Assembly (NCBI GenBank): GCA_964016885.1
Contig: OZ024746.1
Span: forward strand, 63,364,001 to 63,428,000
Origin: Eledone cirrhosa
Taxonomy: Eukaryota
Direction of reading: 5' to 3'
Length of the DNA: 64,000 nt
Positions 50,846 through 64,000 of this stretch are shown here, piece by piece (the first letter of the stretch is position 1; each line of letters begins with the position of its first letter). A program made the translations under genes and the position numbers. The notes beneath the pieces were generated by a model. The model was not told the origin of the DNA and ran no database searches. It saw only the letters and a program-made list of their open reading frames with translations.

Positions 50846-52726
50846 TTAAATACCTTTTTCATATATATATATATATCATCATCATCATCTAACGTCCATT
50901 TTCCACGCTAACATAGATTAGGCAAGTTGTCCCATTGAGACCGCCAGGGAGACCGTTTTTTGCTCACAGAACTGATTCTGGCTTGATTTCTACAGCTGGA
51001 TGCCCTTTCTAACGGCAACCACATTTACAGTATGTGCTGAGTGCTTTTTATTGCGATATCTACACAACCACTTTACAGTGTGGATTGGGTGCTTTTTATC
51101 GTGACTCCTACACAACCACTTTACAGTGTGGGCCAAGCGCTTTTTGTCATGACTCCTACATGACCACTTTACAGTGTTGTTGAATGCCACCTTTGCTTGA
51201 AATTTCGTTTTCCGACACGAGGGTAGCATTGTTGCTTTATCCCAGATAAATTTTTATCCAGGAGATCAAGATGTTCCGACCATGAACATCACCTTTAAAA
51301 AAATTGTTTTGTTTTTTTTTTTGTTTTTTTTTCATTCTTTTAGACAGTATATCGAGAACCATATCATCCAATATGATCTTTTTTAAAGCCTGATGTGTGA
51401 TTTACGGAAAATTTATTTTATGTTTAATCCCAAGTCAGTTCTTGATTAAGAAGACCTTTGATCAAAGACTTGCAGCCGTAGGCATCTCATCATTTTACAT
51501 ATATAGTATATCCAGGGCTACATCTAATATTCTTACTTTTTAAAGACAACGAAGTGTACATGTCTCCTCAATTCTGAAGCCAGTAGGATTAACTAGGGAC
51601 GGTGGAAAGAGGTCAGGTGAATTTCAACTTTGCCCTTGTGCTAGAGGTGTATCCTTCATATGGTAACTCACTGTAGGTAATCCTTCCACTCCATTACACA
51701 TTCTAAATATTGCGGTAGTAGTAGGTGGTAGTGCTGACCTGTAGCCAAGCAGATCAATATTAGAGACAGTCGAGGAAGCCGGACCGCTTACAAGGAAATG
51801 TTTGCCATTGTTAGCGTCCTGTCTTCCCGAAATATCAGATGATGCTTGGCTCTTCTAGTCCCTCATCCTTGCGATTACCCACGATAATGCCGTGTTTTAT
51901 AGGTAGCCTAAAATATTTTAGGGGGGAGTGCTTATGTTCTCTAATGTGGTATCTGGTTGAGGGGGTGTGTTTATCGTTTCGACTTATTTTTGTAGTCTGA
52001 TTTCTTTTCTAAATTATATACTTTAGCCAATTGTTAATATTTTGATGATAACTTAATAAAATTATATAACTAAATAAAACATCGTGATAAAACTCCGAGT
52101 TGAGAACGCGACTTGGTTTCGGTTACAAGTCGCAACGTTTCTTCTCTTATGTAACATATGTCCTTGAAAAAGTCATGAACATTTTACATGAACTCAATTC
52201 TTTTCACTAAGTCAGCGAATTAGCAAAATCGCTAGAAAATCGGAGAGAATGCCTTCAGTATTTAGTTCTGGTGCTTTTTCGTCCTGAGTTCAAATCCCAC
52301 CGATATGAACTTTACCTTTCAAAATATCTAGAGTCGATAAAATAAAATACCAGCCAAGTACTTGATCGATTTGATGATATTCCTATAAAGTTTACTAAAT
52401 ATAGAATTATATATTTATAATTTTGAAATTTTTTATATAACATAAAAAGAAAATGTTTTCAATCAACTAGCTGGGAACCTATCATTGACAAATTAAATTC
52501 ATTTCTGTAAAGCTATTTACTATAAAATTATTTTAACAATTCGTTTCATGTTGAAGAAAACCGAAAATAAAAAATAATTTATTTATTTTATTAATATTGT
52601 TTTATATTAAAGAGATAAAAATTAATCGTATTTATTATATTTATCATATTTCTAAATTGCTCCATAGTTTCGTATTTCTGCTGACATTGTGGTAGCGATA
52701 CATCTTTGATTATATCTCATCTTACC

Positions 52727-52850
52727 ATGTTACCTAAGTCACCTCTTGGTATTGCTGCTGCCGGTGTTGGAATATGTTTTTTAGGTTATTGCATTTATTT
52801 TGATCACAAAAGAAGGAGCGACCCATTATTTAAACAGAAACTTCGTGAAA
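52727..52850 (+). CDS. TOMM20: Mitochondrial import receptor Tom20, exon 1
   Basis: accATG start; MLPKSPLGIAAAGVGICFLGYCIYFDHKRRSDPLFKQKLRE contains the GYCIYFDxKRRSDP signature; donor A|gttagt. Confidence 0.96.
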
Positions 52851-54769
52851 GTTAGTAAAAATAACACTATACTGCTTTTTTTTCTTTCGCCGGAAAATAT
52901 GTACTATCTGCCATCATGATTTTCTCATTTTATTTCCCCCCACACATTCGCTTTATGTTAAATATTTCAATATATGATTCTGAAAAGCTTATATATTAGA
53001 AATGTTCACATGCATATTATGAACTCGAATTATTTTGCCCTGTCAGTAAAAATTAGGGCTTTTGATGTGTTTTATTACCCATTTTATGAAAATACATGTC
53101 ACGACCTCTAAGATATTCTGCCCGGTTTTTTCTCGTCCTACCCACGTTGGGTTTTCTTATTATTCTGCTATTTGTTTTGTTTTTATTTTACACAATATCG
53201 GCTTTGCCCCATTTTCTTTGTTCTTATAATTATATATTTACAAATGTAATATTCTTAGTATATACCATTTTTATTTGAAAATTAACAGACAGTAAAAAAT
53301 ATTCTCATTCAATTTAATAATCAATATTGGCGTATTGCTATATTCGTTCGATTCACTAGTATATATATATGTGTGTGTGTAAAAGGTAAACAGAAATAGC
53401 AACACAATCGGTACAGTATATGGAAGGTATATATTAGGTTAACGCTTGATATAGCAGGAAATGGTCCTTTACATTCTGGGTTCGAATCTTGTCGGTTAAC
53501 TTTTCTTTTTATCCTACTGGATCTATAAAGTACGAGTTGATTGTAGTAAATACAATGCAGCAACCTTAATACTTATTTTCGCCAATATTTTAAAATCCGT
53601 TTTCTTGTTGGTATATCTAGTAATTTTATAAAAATTAAGTACTCATAAAGTTACCAGATATACCAACAAAAATAATGGAAAAAACAAATTTAACCAACGA
53701 AATTTAGGAATGAAAAGATAGTACACCCTCCCTTCCGCATACACACTTTCTCTGAGAAAATTCGCTTCCGCATACACACTTTCTCTGGGAAAATGAATTA
53801 ACTTGAAATAGTGCTGCTAGTTACAGTCCGACAAAGCCTGCATTTTATATTTTTAATACGTTAGATATAGGTATGGAAGGCGTGCAATGTCAACCTTTAA
53901 TGTAATTCCATAAACTGTAATGTGTAAAAATTGGTGTGCTGGCTTCATTACGATTAGTTGAACTTTTCCACATGTTTGAACAATATCATAAACCATAAAG
54001 TGTCCAGTTATACACCTTCAAGAAAGAAAAACGTGATCGACAAAATGTAACGTGCCAGCTTCTCTGTAATTACTACAGTCCTGGATCAAATTTATCGATC
54101 ATTTCACCCCAAAATGTGTCTATAATAGAAATCAATATTTAAGTTAGAATTATATAAGTCAGGTCATATTAGCATATATATCGTTTTCGTGAAGAAGCCC
54201 TTCTTGACCTCTTTATCATAATGCTATTCTTTCAAGGACGATTATATTTTGCAATTCCTTAACAGTTCGACAAATAACGGTCAATAAAATAAGTACTATC
54301 GTCGATATGATCGACTAAAACTCTCCATCACGTACTGTGGTGTATGTGTGTGAAAAAGAAAAAGAGCTAAAGAATCAGGCCAATACCAAATTGGTACTTT
54401 ATTTATCGGGCACCAGAAGAAAGAAAGGCAAAGTTGACAATTGATGAAATTTTAACTCAGAATGTAGGGAGCTAACATGAATACTATGAAAAATTCTATC
54501 TATTGTTCTAATGACTCTGCCAATTGAATGCCTTAATAGTAAGGTTAGTGGAGATTGAATTGGCAGGGCGTGCCACATTTCAGCTTGAAACATTCTTGGC
54601 AAAGAACAAAGATATTTGTCTTACATTTATTAACTTCTAGAAAATATTTGTCATCTGATAGACAATGGAATTGTTAGATGCTGATAAATTTCATGTAAGA
54701 GCCTGTGAGAACTAGAACTATAGTTACATACAGCAGTGGTCTTACTGAAAAATTTAATGAACTTGTCAG

Positions 54770-55157
54770 CCTTCTTCTTCACCCACTTATTCTTGAGAGG
54801 GTCACGGGAGCAGAGTCCTCAAACACAACTTCCAACGGATCCTGTCAGAAGCAACTGTCTCCAAATGATCTGGCTGGTTCCCCAAGCAAGACCAGCTGAG
54901 CTCATGCATGTTATTCAACCATCTTGCTCGTACCCCTGAGTCTCCAGCCGGTTGATTTTTGCCTGCAAAATCTGTCCAGCGATTCTTTCCTGAGACATTC
55001 TAACCACATGTCTATAGTATCAGAGCTGTAACCTCGCAATTCAGAGAAGTGGCTGTTCTAACTGGAGCAAATCTCTGATTTCTGAGTTACGCACTCTATT
55101 AATGTTATTCCAAAGGCTCTTCGGAGGAAACCCATTTCGGCCACTCGTATTTGCAAC
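54770..55157 (-). mobile_element. 3' end of a different RTE-type LINE family with (GAA)n tail, in Tom20 intron 1
   Basis: Frameshifted minus-strand translation AEMGFLRR...RVRNSEIR...HVVRM...ARW...DRIRW; cttcttcttc tail at 54771. Confidence 0.7.
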
Positions 55158-55470
55158 TAGTTGGTTTGGGAAACTTTTGTATGTTGACTTTCTATTTCTT
55201 AGAATTAATTGAAGAACTACAAAAGGTTTGAAGCTCAGTAAATTGGGCTTACAAGAGATTAAAACCCTAGTTTATAATTGGTTCCTCAATGTCAAGGACA
55301 TGACCTTGTTTGGTTCACATACAGTCAGGGGAGTAGAAGATAGACATGTTCTGGACTAAAGATCATAGACAACTTGCATGGTTTGTTAAAGCTAATTAAA
55401 GTAGATCATTTCTATTTCTTAGATGTCATAATTAGGGCTGGAGATAAAGCTAGTGACTGTAAAGTAGATA

Positions 55471-55776
55471 TCATCATCATCATCATTTCATTTTACGTCC
55501 GCTTTTTCCCTGCTTACAAGGGTGGGACGAGAACTGATACTAGCTTGATTTCTACAGCTGGATGCCCTTCCTAACACCAACCTCATTTACAGTGAGTGCT
55601 GGGTGCTTTTTTGCCGTGGCACCTACACGACCACTCATTTCTACAGCTGAGTAAACTGGAGCAATGTGAAATAAAGTGTCTTGCTCAAGGAAACAACACA
55701 TCACCCGGTCTGAGAATTGAACTCACAACCTTTCGATTGCAAGGCCAATGCTCTAACCACTAAGCCATGTGCCTCC
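55471..55776 (-). mobile_element. SINE family A in Tom20 intron 1
   Basis: Same head, core and tail, with one internal deletion. Confidence 0.85.
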
Positions 55777-56644
55777 ATTAGTTAAACAATATAGTTCAAA
55801 CAATTTGAAAGTCATTTTTAAGGAAACTGTTTACGCTAACATCATAGCTTTTTACATCCACTTTTCCTTGTTGGCATGGGCTGAAGACAGTTTTTCTACA
55901 GGTACCCTTCTTGATACCAACCCATATTTTGTTGTTTTTAAGTCCAGTATACATCAATGACCTTTGTCAGACTGCTGGGATGTGGGACATTGTTCATAAG
56001 GAATATAAACAAATATTTCTGCTCACTTTAAATGATGTTGATATGGCAACAGGTTTTCTCAATACAAAGGCTAAATTATTTAAGATGTAGTGTTATATGA
56101 TAATGGATACAGTAGAAATATTTTATATATTAGTGATGACATGTGTTAAATGAAGAACTGTTACAAAGTAATTGTATGTGCATCATACAGTGTTTCTTGG
56201 GTTTCTTTTTTAAACCAGGTCTGAACACACTCAATTTATTCCAAAGAAGGGTAGAACGAAATAGATAGGAAGGATCGACCCTAGTACTAGACTGGTACTT
56301 TTTTTCAGCAATAGGAAAGGGCAGAGTTGAAACATACTGCAAAGCATTCTAACCATCGTCCTTTCAATTTTGGCAATTTGCTGCCTGTAATTCTTTGGAT
56401 AGATCATGTCAATAAAAATAACTTGAACTCTTTCCATCTTTACTTAAATTATGACATATTTTGTTTAAACTTGATGAATATGCAAATGTTTATGTCAAAC
56501 AGTCAATATCATTCTGAGGAATGTTAATTAAAGGTCATCAAAATGCTTTTACAGTTAATTATCCATTGACTATATTTTAATTTTAAAAACTTGTTTTGCA
56601 CAGAAAATTACCTTGAACCTAATTGCTGTATTCTTCTAATTTAG

Positions 56645-56688
56645 AACGGCGGAAACAGCGTCAGAATGCCAAGAAAGGACCAACTCCA
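56645..56688 (+). CDS. TOMM20: Tom20 exon 2
   Basis: tttag acceptor, CCA|gtaagt donor, phase 1/0, KRRKQRQNAKKGPTP. Confidence 0.9.
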
Positions 56689-58448
56689 GTAAGTAAACAT
56701 ATTATGTAATAATGAAAATTATTGTGTACAGTGCTCAGGTGCACTACATTGATTTTGTAGACTAAAATAGTTTAAAGTCTGTGTGACAAATATATATTTT
56801 TAGAATTAATTTTTATATGGAGGAGTTATTTGGTAGACCTGTAAAGTTGCTGAAGACCTTTTACCTGTAACTTATGTAATTATGTTCAAACTATTAGATG
56901 ATTGTGAGTACAAAGATTTTATAATACTTTCTAACAGTTCTTATTATAACATCATACAGCCCTTGACTTTGTTCCTATTAGCATAATTTCATTAAATCCC
57001 ATCTACCTTCTTAGACCTAATCCATTGCCCATTTGAGCACAGCCACTTGACGCCTTGGTACTTTTAGCTTTGTTTACTTTTTGGAAGCTTTCAGTCTAAG
57101 TTTAGCTGAGTATCTTGATGTGCTGTTCAATAATGTCACAACCCATCATTCAAAGTTTCTTCTACTCCTTTTACTCCATTAATCTTGGAGTTCATAAGTG
57201 TTACCTCTCTTCCTCTCACCAAGCAATTTAGAAAAAAAAATGTTTCCTTCAGCTGTTCATTCTCATATCTTTCCCAATCTCTAGTTACGTTTGTTTTATT
57301 CATATTTGCTTCTGACACATGCATTCATTAAAATATAATTTTGAAATATTAAAGATTCTATAATTATTCTAGTCTTTACTATACTGTTCTTTCTTTTATT
57401 CAGGTGGCCTTGTCACCCAACTCATTCAATTATTCTAACCTTTTTTTGCACAACCAAAACAATAGGAACCATTGAAGTTCATAAGCTTTGTTTGTGTTCA
57501 ACATCTTTACTATATTAACCTTCTGGAACCACCTTTGGTTCTATGTTTCAAAACTTTATTTTAAAGTTTTTATACTTATCTAAAAACCATCCATGATACT
57601 TTTGACTAAAACCTTTTATTATGTTCCAAAGGCCATCTTGTTAATGAGAATGTTAGTAAACATCACTAAATCCTTCCAAATTCTTAATTATTTAAAAAAT
57701 TATTGGCAATCTTTTATTAGAAATATAGTAATAAGAGCGTTAAACTAGTAATGTTTCAATTTTTTTCTTTCATTCTACCTTGAATATATGTTGTATGTAT
57801 GCCTACAAGGGAATACATAAATTCAGATATATTTTTAATGTAAATAATTTTATTATTCTTCATTTTACGTCCAGTTTCCATTCTGGCATCATGAGTTGGA
57901 CAGGCCACCACGGTCTGATTCAGTTCTTATTTGGAGTTACTACCCTCCTAGATAAGTTAATAGAAACCATTTTACTTGTATATTCCATTTTTTTGTATGG
58001 ATTTTACTGCTGGATGTCCTTTCTAAAACCAACCACCTTATAGAGTGTAAAGTGTTTTCTCTGCTCTTTAGTGTATTAGGTGCATTATTTTGCAATATAA
58101 ATGCACCCAGCCCACTTTGTAAAGTGGTAGTACTGGTGACACAAAAATCACCCAGTGTATCCTGTAAGGTAGTTGTGTTGGTGCCACAATAAAAAGCACC
58201 TAGTCCACCCTGTAAGGTAGTAGTGCAGAAACATGATAAAATGCTTTCAGTGCATGCTGTAAAGTGGTTGGCATTAAGAAGGGCATCCACCTATAGAAAG
58301 CAAGACAGTCACTTGACCTGTCTAGCCTCAAAATGTGACAACTTGTCTAAATTAGACAAGCATAGAAAACATATTAAACAGTGATGATGATGAATGTAAT
58401 ATTAGTGTAATTTTGTACATTTAAATTTGTGAATTTTTACTTTTCCAG

Positions 58449-58530
58449 CTTCCTGCAATGAATAGTCCGCTTGAAATGCAAAAATTTTTCTTACAAGAAG
58501 TCCAGAATGGTGAAGAACTGTTAGCTCAAG
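58449..58530 (+). CDS. TOMM20: Tom20 exon 3
   Basis: ttttccag acceptor, AAG|gtacag donor, LPAMNSPLEMQKFFLQEVQNGEELLAQ. Confidence 0.95.
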
Positions 58531-60616
58531 GTACAGTTTGGCATTTCTTTCTTTTTGTTCAATATTTTCCACTATTAGTTGAAATTAGTAGTTTGTGTGT
58601 ACCTTTATTAATATTGAGAGGCTAAGGGGGTGGATTGGCAGAATTGTTGGATAAAATGTTTCATAACATTTAGTTATGGCCCTTTACATTCTGTGTTCAA
58701 ATCCCACTGAGCTCAACTTTGCATTTCCTCCTTCCAGAGTTGATATAAAATACCAGTCACATACTGGGGTTGATATAATCTATTTTCCCTTCACCACAAG
58801 TTGCTGGCTTTGGGCATAAATTAGAAACCATTATTGTTCTGAAAAGTTAAAGAATGTGCTTTATAACAAACTGTATCTGTGATAGGAGTTTGAAACAATC
58901 ATAACTATTTCATTAGCAAAGATGATACAAGCCACAAAAGTTTTATCAAATATAGTTTGAGAGTTCAAGGAAATAGGTTTTCCACTATAATTGTCTGATT
59001 TAATATTTAGAATATGAGAACAGTGTTTGCATAGAAATCGATGGATTAGCAGAATTGTTAAATAAAATACCTTGTGGTATTTGTTCCTAGCAGTTATGTA
59101 TTAGGTTGATGTAATGGACTCTCTCCTGCCTCCAAATTTATGGCCTGCCTATGTTGAAGACCCTATAAACAGGTCATAGCTATTGCCCTTCTTCCACTGA
59201 TTTATCATCATCACCATTTTAACATCAACTATTCAGTGCTAGGCAGGACTTTTTGAGACATTATTTACAGTTCGATTCCCTTTCTGGTACAAACCCTATT
59301 ATTCTTATGACACTGGTGTAACTATTTTAAACATATGGCCAATGTCATAAAACTAAAATCGCCTGTGTTCACAAAGACAATTATATTTTGATTACTATAT
59401 AAAGTGATATGGTCCTGTAACGATAGTCTAAACAAGTAATAATATACAGGGTCAGGGGGATTCTTCAGCTGTGTTGAAGCCATGACAACCTCTCTAGTGC
59501 TGGTGCCATGATAAAATGTATTTGATAGCGTGCCAAACCTTTTTGTAAGTGTGTTGTAGGCCCCTGGCTTTTCCAAGCATTTGGTGTTGTGTGAGAACAT
59601 ATGCGAGACATGCTCTGCTTGAGTTTGTGGCAGCCCATCCAATCTTTGCTAGCAGGGAAAATGGACATTAAATGATGGGGCCATGACATTTCAGTAATGA
59701 TAATAAGAGATTTCAATAATAATGGTTTCTAATTTTGGCACAAGGTTAGCAGTTTTTTGTGGGGGTGAAGAGAAAGTAGGTTATATAAACGTGAATATTT
59801 TACTGGTACTTCAGAAGGATGAAAGGAAACGTCAACATTGGTGGGATTTGAATTTAGAACATAAAGAGCCAGAAAAATACTATTTAGCATTTGTCCAACA
59901 GTCTAATGACCTTGCCAATCCACTGCTTATAAACTTCTTAATACCTTCACCATTTCACACGACTGCCTACACAGCAACAGATTTCAGTTAATTCAGCAAG
60001 TTATGTCTAAATTATAAAACAGTTGCTGTGAAATTGTGTCAGTAACCAGGTCAGAATGACTGTAATGAACATTTTGACAGGACGTAAATGAAAAATGTTT
60101 TTCTATAATTTTTGAGTCTCTGAAATTACTCTTCTACAATATAATTGTTTGTTTCAACACAGTCTCAAATTAAGTCACTTGTCAAATAAGTACAACTCCA
60201 GAGAATGATAATTTCATAAGACTTAGTGGTTAGTGTTGGGCTTACAATCATAAGGTTGTGAGTTCAATTTCTGGACTGGATGGTGTATTGTGTCCTTAAG
60301 CAAGACACTTTATTTCATGTTACTCCAGTTCACTCCACTGAAAAAAATGTGTTGATGAGTTGCCACATCACTGGTGTCAGGTTGTAATGGCCTTAGACTT
60401 TCTCTTGGATGAGAAGGCATGGAGAAGGGACACTGGTTTGCATAGGTGACTGCTGGTCTTCCACAAAATCACCTTATCTGGGTTTGTGTCACATTGGGGA
60501 ACTTTCCAGGTGGAAATCCCAAAGTTATTTGTGACCAAAAGCTTAGCTTGCTCATTTGAAAAAGAAAACTTTATTGTTGAGCTGTCTAATTGTTTTATTG
60601 TTGCTTTTTGTTTTAG

Positions 60617-60759
60617 GTGATATTAATGGAGGAATAGAGCATCTCAGTAATGCTGTTGCTGTTTGTGGTCAACCTCACCAGTTGCTGCAGGTTCTACAAC
60701 AGACACTTCCAGGCCATGTATTCCAGAAGTTATTAGAACAACTACCAATTGTAACAGAG
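60617..60759 (+). CDS. TOMM20: Tom20 exon 4 (TPR-like core)
   Basis: ttttag acceptor, GAG|gtaagt donor, GDINGGIEHLSNAVAVCGQPHQLLQVLQQTLP... Confidence 0.96.
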
Positions 60760-61207
60760 GTAAGTACCATTAAAATATGCTTCCAATATATTACTATTAT
60801 TATTATTGTTTTTGAGGGCAGCGGATTGGCAGTATCGGTAGAGCATTGAACAACATGCTTTGCGACATAGAGTTACGGGTCTTCGCGTTCTGTGTTCAAA
60901 TCCTGCCGAGGTTAGCTTTGCCTTTCATCCTTATGGGGTCGATTTAATCAACTTTCCCCACTTCTTCAAATTGCTGGCCTTGTGCCTAAAGTAGAAACAA
61001 TTATTATTTTATAAGAGTGACCAACAATGTAGAATCAGACAATATTTTACAGTATTTGTTAGAGGCTGATCAAATAAGTAATAGTAATGTGTGAACCTGA
61101 ACTGATGGAATCATTGGGCCATTGTCACATCTTGCATTTTTTAAAAATCTGTTGGAAATCATCCCCTCTCCCAGTCTGAACACAGCTGATTTCTTCCAGA
61201 GAAGAGA

Positions 61208-61372
61208 ATAACAAATTCATTAGAATGTTGGATAGAATGCTTTGTATTTGTTCTCAAATACTGCCAGAGGAAGAATCGATCCCAGTTCTGGCCTGGTGCT
61301 TTTTTTTTTACTTTGGCAGTATTTGAGAACAAATACAAAGCATTCTATCCAACATTCTAACGAATTTGTTAT
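61208..61372. repeat. 62-bp inverted repeat with 41-nt loop in Tom20 intron 4
   Basis: 61208-61269 pairs with 61311-61372, with one A.C mismatch and one G.U. Confidence 0.95.
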
Positions 61373-62085
61373 ACTGTTGATTGAATGAATATAGTATGGT
61401 AGTTAATTGGAGTTGAAGAACATAGAGTAATACCTAGTATCAGTTTAGCTACAGAAATTTAATTTTCAAGGAAAATAAGTCTTAAAAAATAAAATTGGAA
61501 ATGTGCAGATGCAGATTCTCAAATACAATGTATCTCTTTTCCATGCAGGCATGTATTGGTCCAGATAGCTAAGACCCCTTTCTGTCACAAATGACCATAG
61601 GATTTGAACCTAGAAAGTTCCCCTCCAAGGTACACGTCTGGGCAATGTTGTTGGTGGAAGACCAGCAGGCACCCATGCATACAAGCCTTCCCTCTCCATG
61701 CCACCGATGTTGCCCAAGGGAAAGGCAAATGTTGATACAGCTTGGCTGCCAGTGAAATAAAGTGTTTTGCTCAAGAACCTGGTCCGAGTATTGAACTCAA
61801 CCTCATGATTGTATGCCGACTAATGCTAACAATTGGTACTTACTCCACTCATCTTAAATTGTTGAACCACTACTAGACATAAATAAATGGTACTAATTGT
61901 TTCACTCAAAGTTATAGTAGAAAACATGTCAGAAATGTTTTACAGTGGGATCAAGCTTGAAACTATGTGATTGTGAAACAAACTTCTTAACCACACTGCC
62001 ATTCTTGTGCCTATTTTTAATATTTGTTTAATTCTCTTTTGTTACTCTCTGAGACTTTAACCAATACTTTTTTTTTTTTTTTAAG

Positions 62086-62148
62086 CGTTTTGCAAATAGC
62101 AATTCAGCTGAAGCCACAAGCAAAGTGATCGAAGAGGAATTGGAATAA
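62086..62148 (+). CDS. TOMM20: Tom20 exon 5 (acidic C-terminus)
   Basis: Poly-T then aag acceptor, RFANSNSAEATSKVIEEELE-TAA. Total CDS is 456 nt = 151 aa. Confidence 0.9.
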   Translation, partial: RFANSNSAEATSKVIEEELE

Positions 62149-62533
62149 ATCAACCTCTGGAGTTTACATTGATTGTGTTTGCAGTTGAGGATGGTGCATG
62201 TGAATCATACAAACCAAACACACACACTAACAAAAAGACGTAGTAGCCACTGGCTATTTATTGATTATGTCTATTCATCATCTATCCTTCATGAACCACA
62301 ACTTGAGGTAACTTGGTTGTCATAAATCAAATATTTGTTGACATGCTATTCATGTTATCTTTAACCCTTTCACTAAAAATAAAGGACTTCAAATTTGACA
62401 TGCCAAGTACTTTTTATCTAAATGTTCATGTAATATAGTATGAGTTAAATTAATTTTGAGAGGAAAGAAATTCCTCTTAAGTAGCTTCTATATATCATTT
62501 TTTTTAAAAATTCTTTGTTTCTTCTCCCTTTCT

Positions 62534-62539
62534 AATAAA
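62534..62539 (+). promoter_or_regulatory. Candidate Tom20 polyadenylation signal (alternative AATAAA at 62378)
   Basis: AATAAA about 390 nt after the stop codon, followed by T-rich sequence. Confidence 0.45.
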
Positions 62540-64000
62540 AACGTTTATTTTTCAACAAAATTAACCAACAAAGTTAATATGTTCTATATTATAACTTCCT
62601 TTTAAAACATGTTTATTTTATTTGAACTTTCCAATATTATAATATAGAATGTTTTTGAATAATTAAGGTCCTTTGTTCATACATTTTATCTAGATGATGA
62701 TGATCATCATCATCATCACCGTTTTACGTCCGTTCTTCCACGCTAGCATGGGTTAGACGGGTTGTCCTGTTGTGGGCAGTGTCTGGTCGGCTGACCATGC
62801 CTTGCTCATACAGGAACTGATTTGGCTTGATTTCTACAGCTGGATGCCCTTCATAACACCAACCTCATTTACAGTGAGTGCTGGGTGCTTTTTTGTGGCG
62901 CCTACACGTCCACTTTACAGTGTGGGCTGGGTGCTTTTTTTTTGGGGGGGGGGGGGGGCATATTGTCTATATGCTTCAGCTTGTACCCATGGGAGGTCAG
63001 GTACTCTGTATTACTGCGTGACGGAGGAATTTATAGCTAATCTTTCTAAATCAATTGAAAAGCAATAACAATTCTAATAGTGTAAACCTCTAATTATTAC
63101 AAAGTTCATTGCCTACGACCTAGATCAAAATCCTATCTATGGATTTCCAGCCTGCTTTACACAGAATGGGGATTAACAAATGCTACAAAGGACACAACTT
63201 CATTTTAGCCCTCCTTTCAGAAATGGCCCATTAATTTTCATTCTCTACATTTTGTTGGTTACTATACCAACCACTAATTCTAACATGCCTTTATACAACA
63301 ATCTTGACTATTTCTAAAGATCCTTACTTTGTTTTTGTGATATCAATTGCCTTATTTACTGTCTATCCCCAATTGATCCATTTGTGTTGTCTCTTTGTTT
63401 ACTAACCTCATGATTTAAATCACAAAGACGACAGGATGTCACAAACTATATATATCTTCTGACGTTAGATATTAGCAAATTTCTTTATCACTATTGCCTT
63501 ATCTTTTTAATTCCACTGACAGGCAGGTTGTCTACAAGTCACATAACAGATCAGTGGTTTTCAGTAGGTTGTCTTCTACACAATATAAATTTCCAATCTA
63601 TATACAAACATTTGTAAGTGCTATGGTGAAGTGAGCTGGCTTTCACTTCATCTTTCCATTTCTACCCTAAACTCACTCAACAATGTACACTGCTTACAAA
63701 GCATATTTTTCTGATATAAATTGATTAGTATTTTAGATGTTATGAGTTTTACATTAAAAATTTTCTTCAGTTGATATTTACATTTCAAATATATACAATC
63801 TTAAGTCAATACTATCTTTTGAGCTGTGTTATTCTGTGGCAGTTTGCGAGTTCTTTTCACTGACAACGATGAATTAGTTTTTTCTAAGATACTGTAAATA
63901 TCCAAAGATTCACCTATACAACAGAAAATAGAACATAAGGAATCATCATACAGTGAAAAATTGAGCATTTTCAACAGAGGGTAGAGCAAAGTGTATTTAA

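Noticed and set aside
51560-51895. GC-richer block upstream of Tom20 as a divergent gene exon
   Set aside because: No sustained ORF or splice pattern; more likely a decayed retroelement fragment, family not identifiable by eye.

Overview
AT-rich, intron-containing animal genomic DNA with abundant (TA)n/(CT)n/(CA)n microsatellites; the repeat families suggest a coleoid cephalopod, probably an octopus (inference). Two spliced genes lie on the + strand. The first is the 3' part (10 exons, 2794-28610, about 1038 codons) of a Klarsicht-like nuclear-envelope protein with spectrin-like repeats and a C-terminal KASH domain. The second is a complete five-exon Tom20 gene (52727-62148, 151 aa). Between them are an intact-ORF RTE-clade LINE (APE endonuclease, RT with an embedded PHD finger, (GAT)n tail), several RTE relics, a Penelope-like (PLE) RT relic, tRNA-derived SINE families, TTAA-, TA- and 8-bp-TSD MITEs, a long-TIR foldback element and minisatellites. 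The least expected signal is a dispersed set of minimal, PLE-type hammerhead ribozyme motifs in the introns of the KASH gene, often in short modules sitting in (TA)n tracts. The best-formed copies (19062-19125, 27879-27921) are antisense to the gene and the sense-strand copies are all defective. All calls were made by eye; no searches or folding programs were run.
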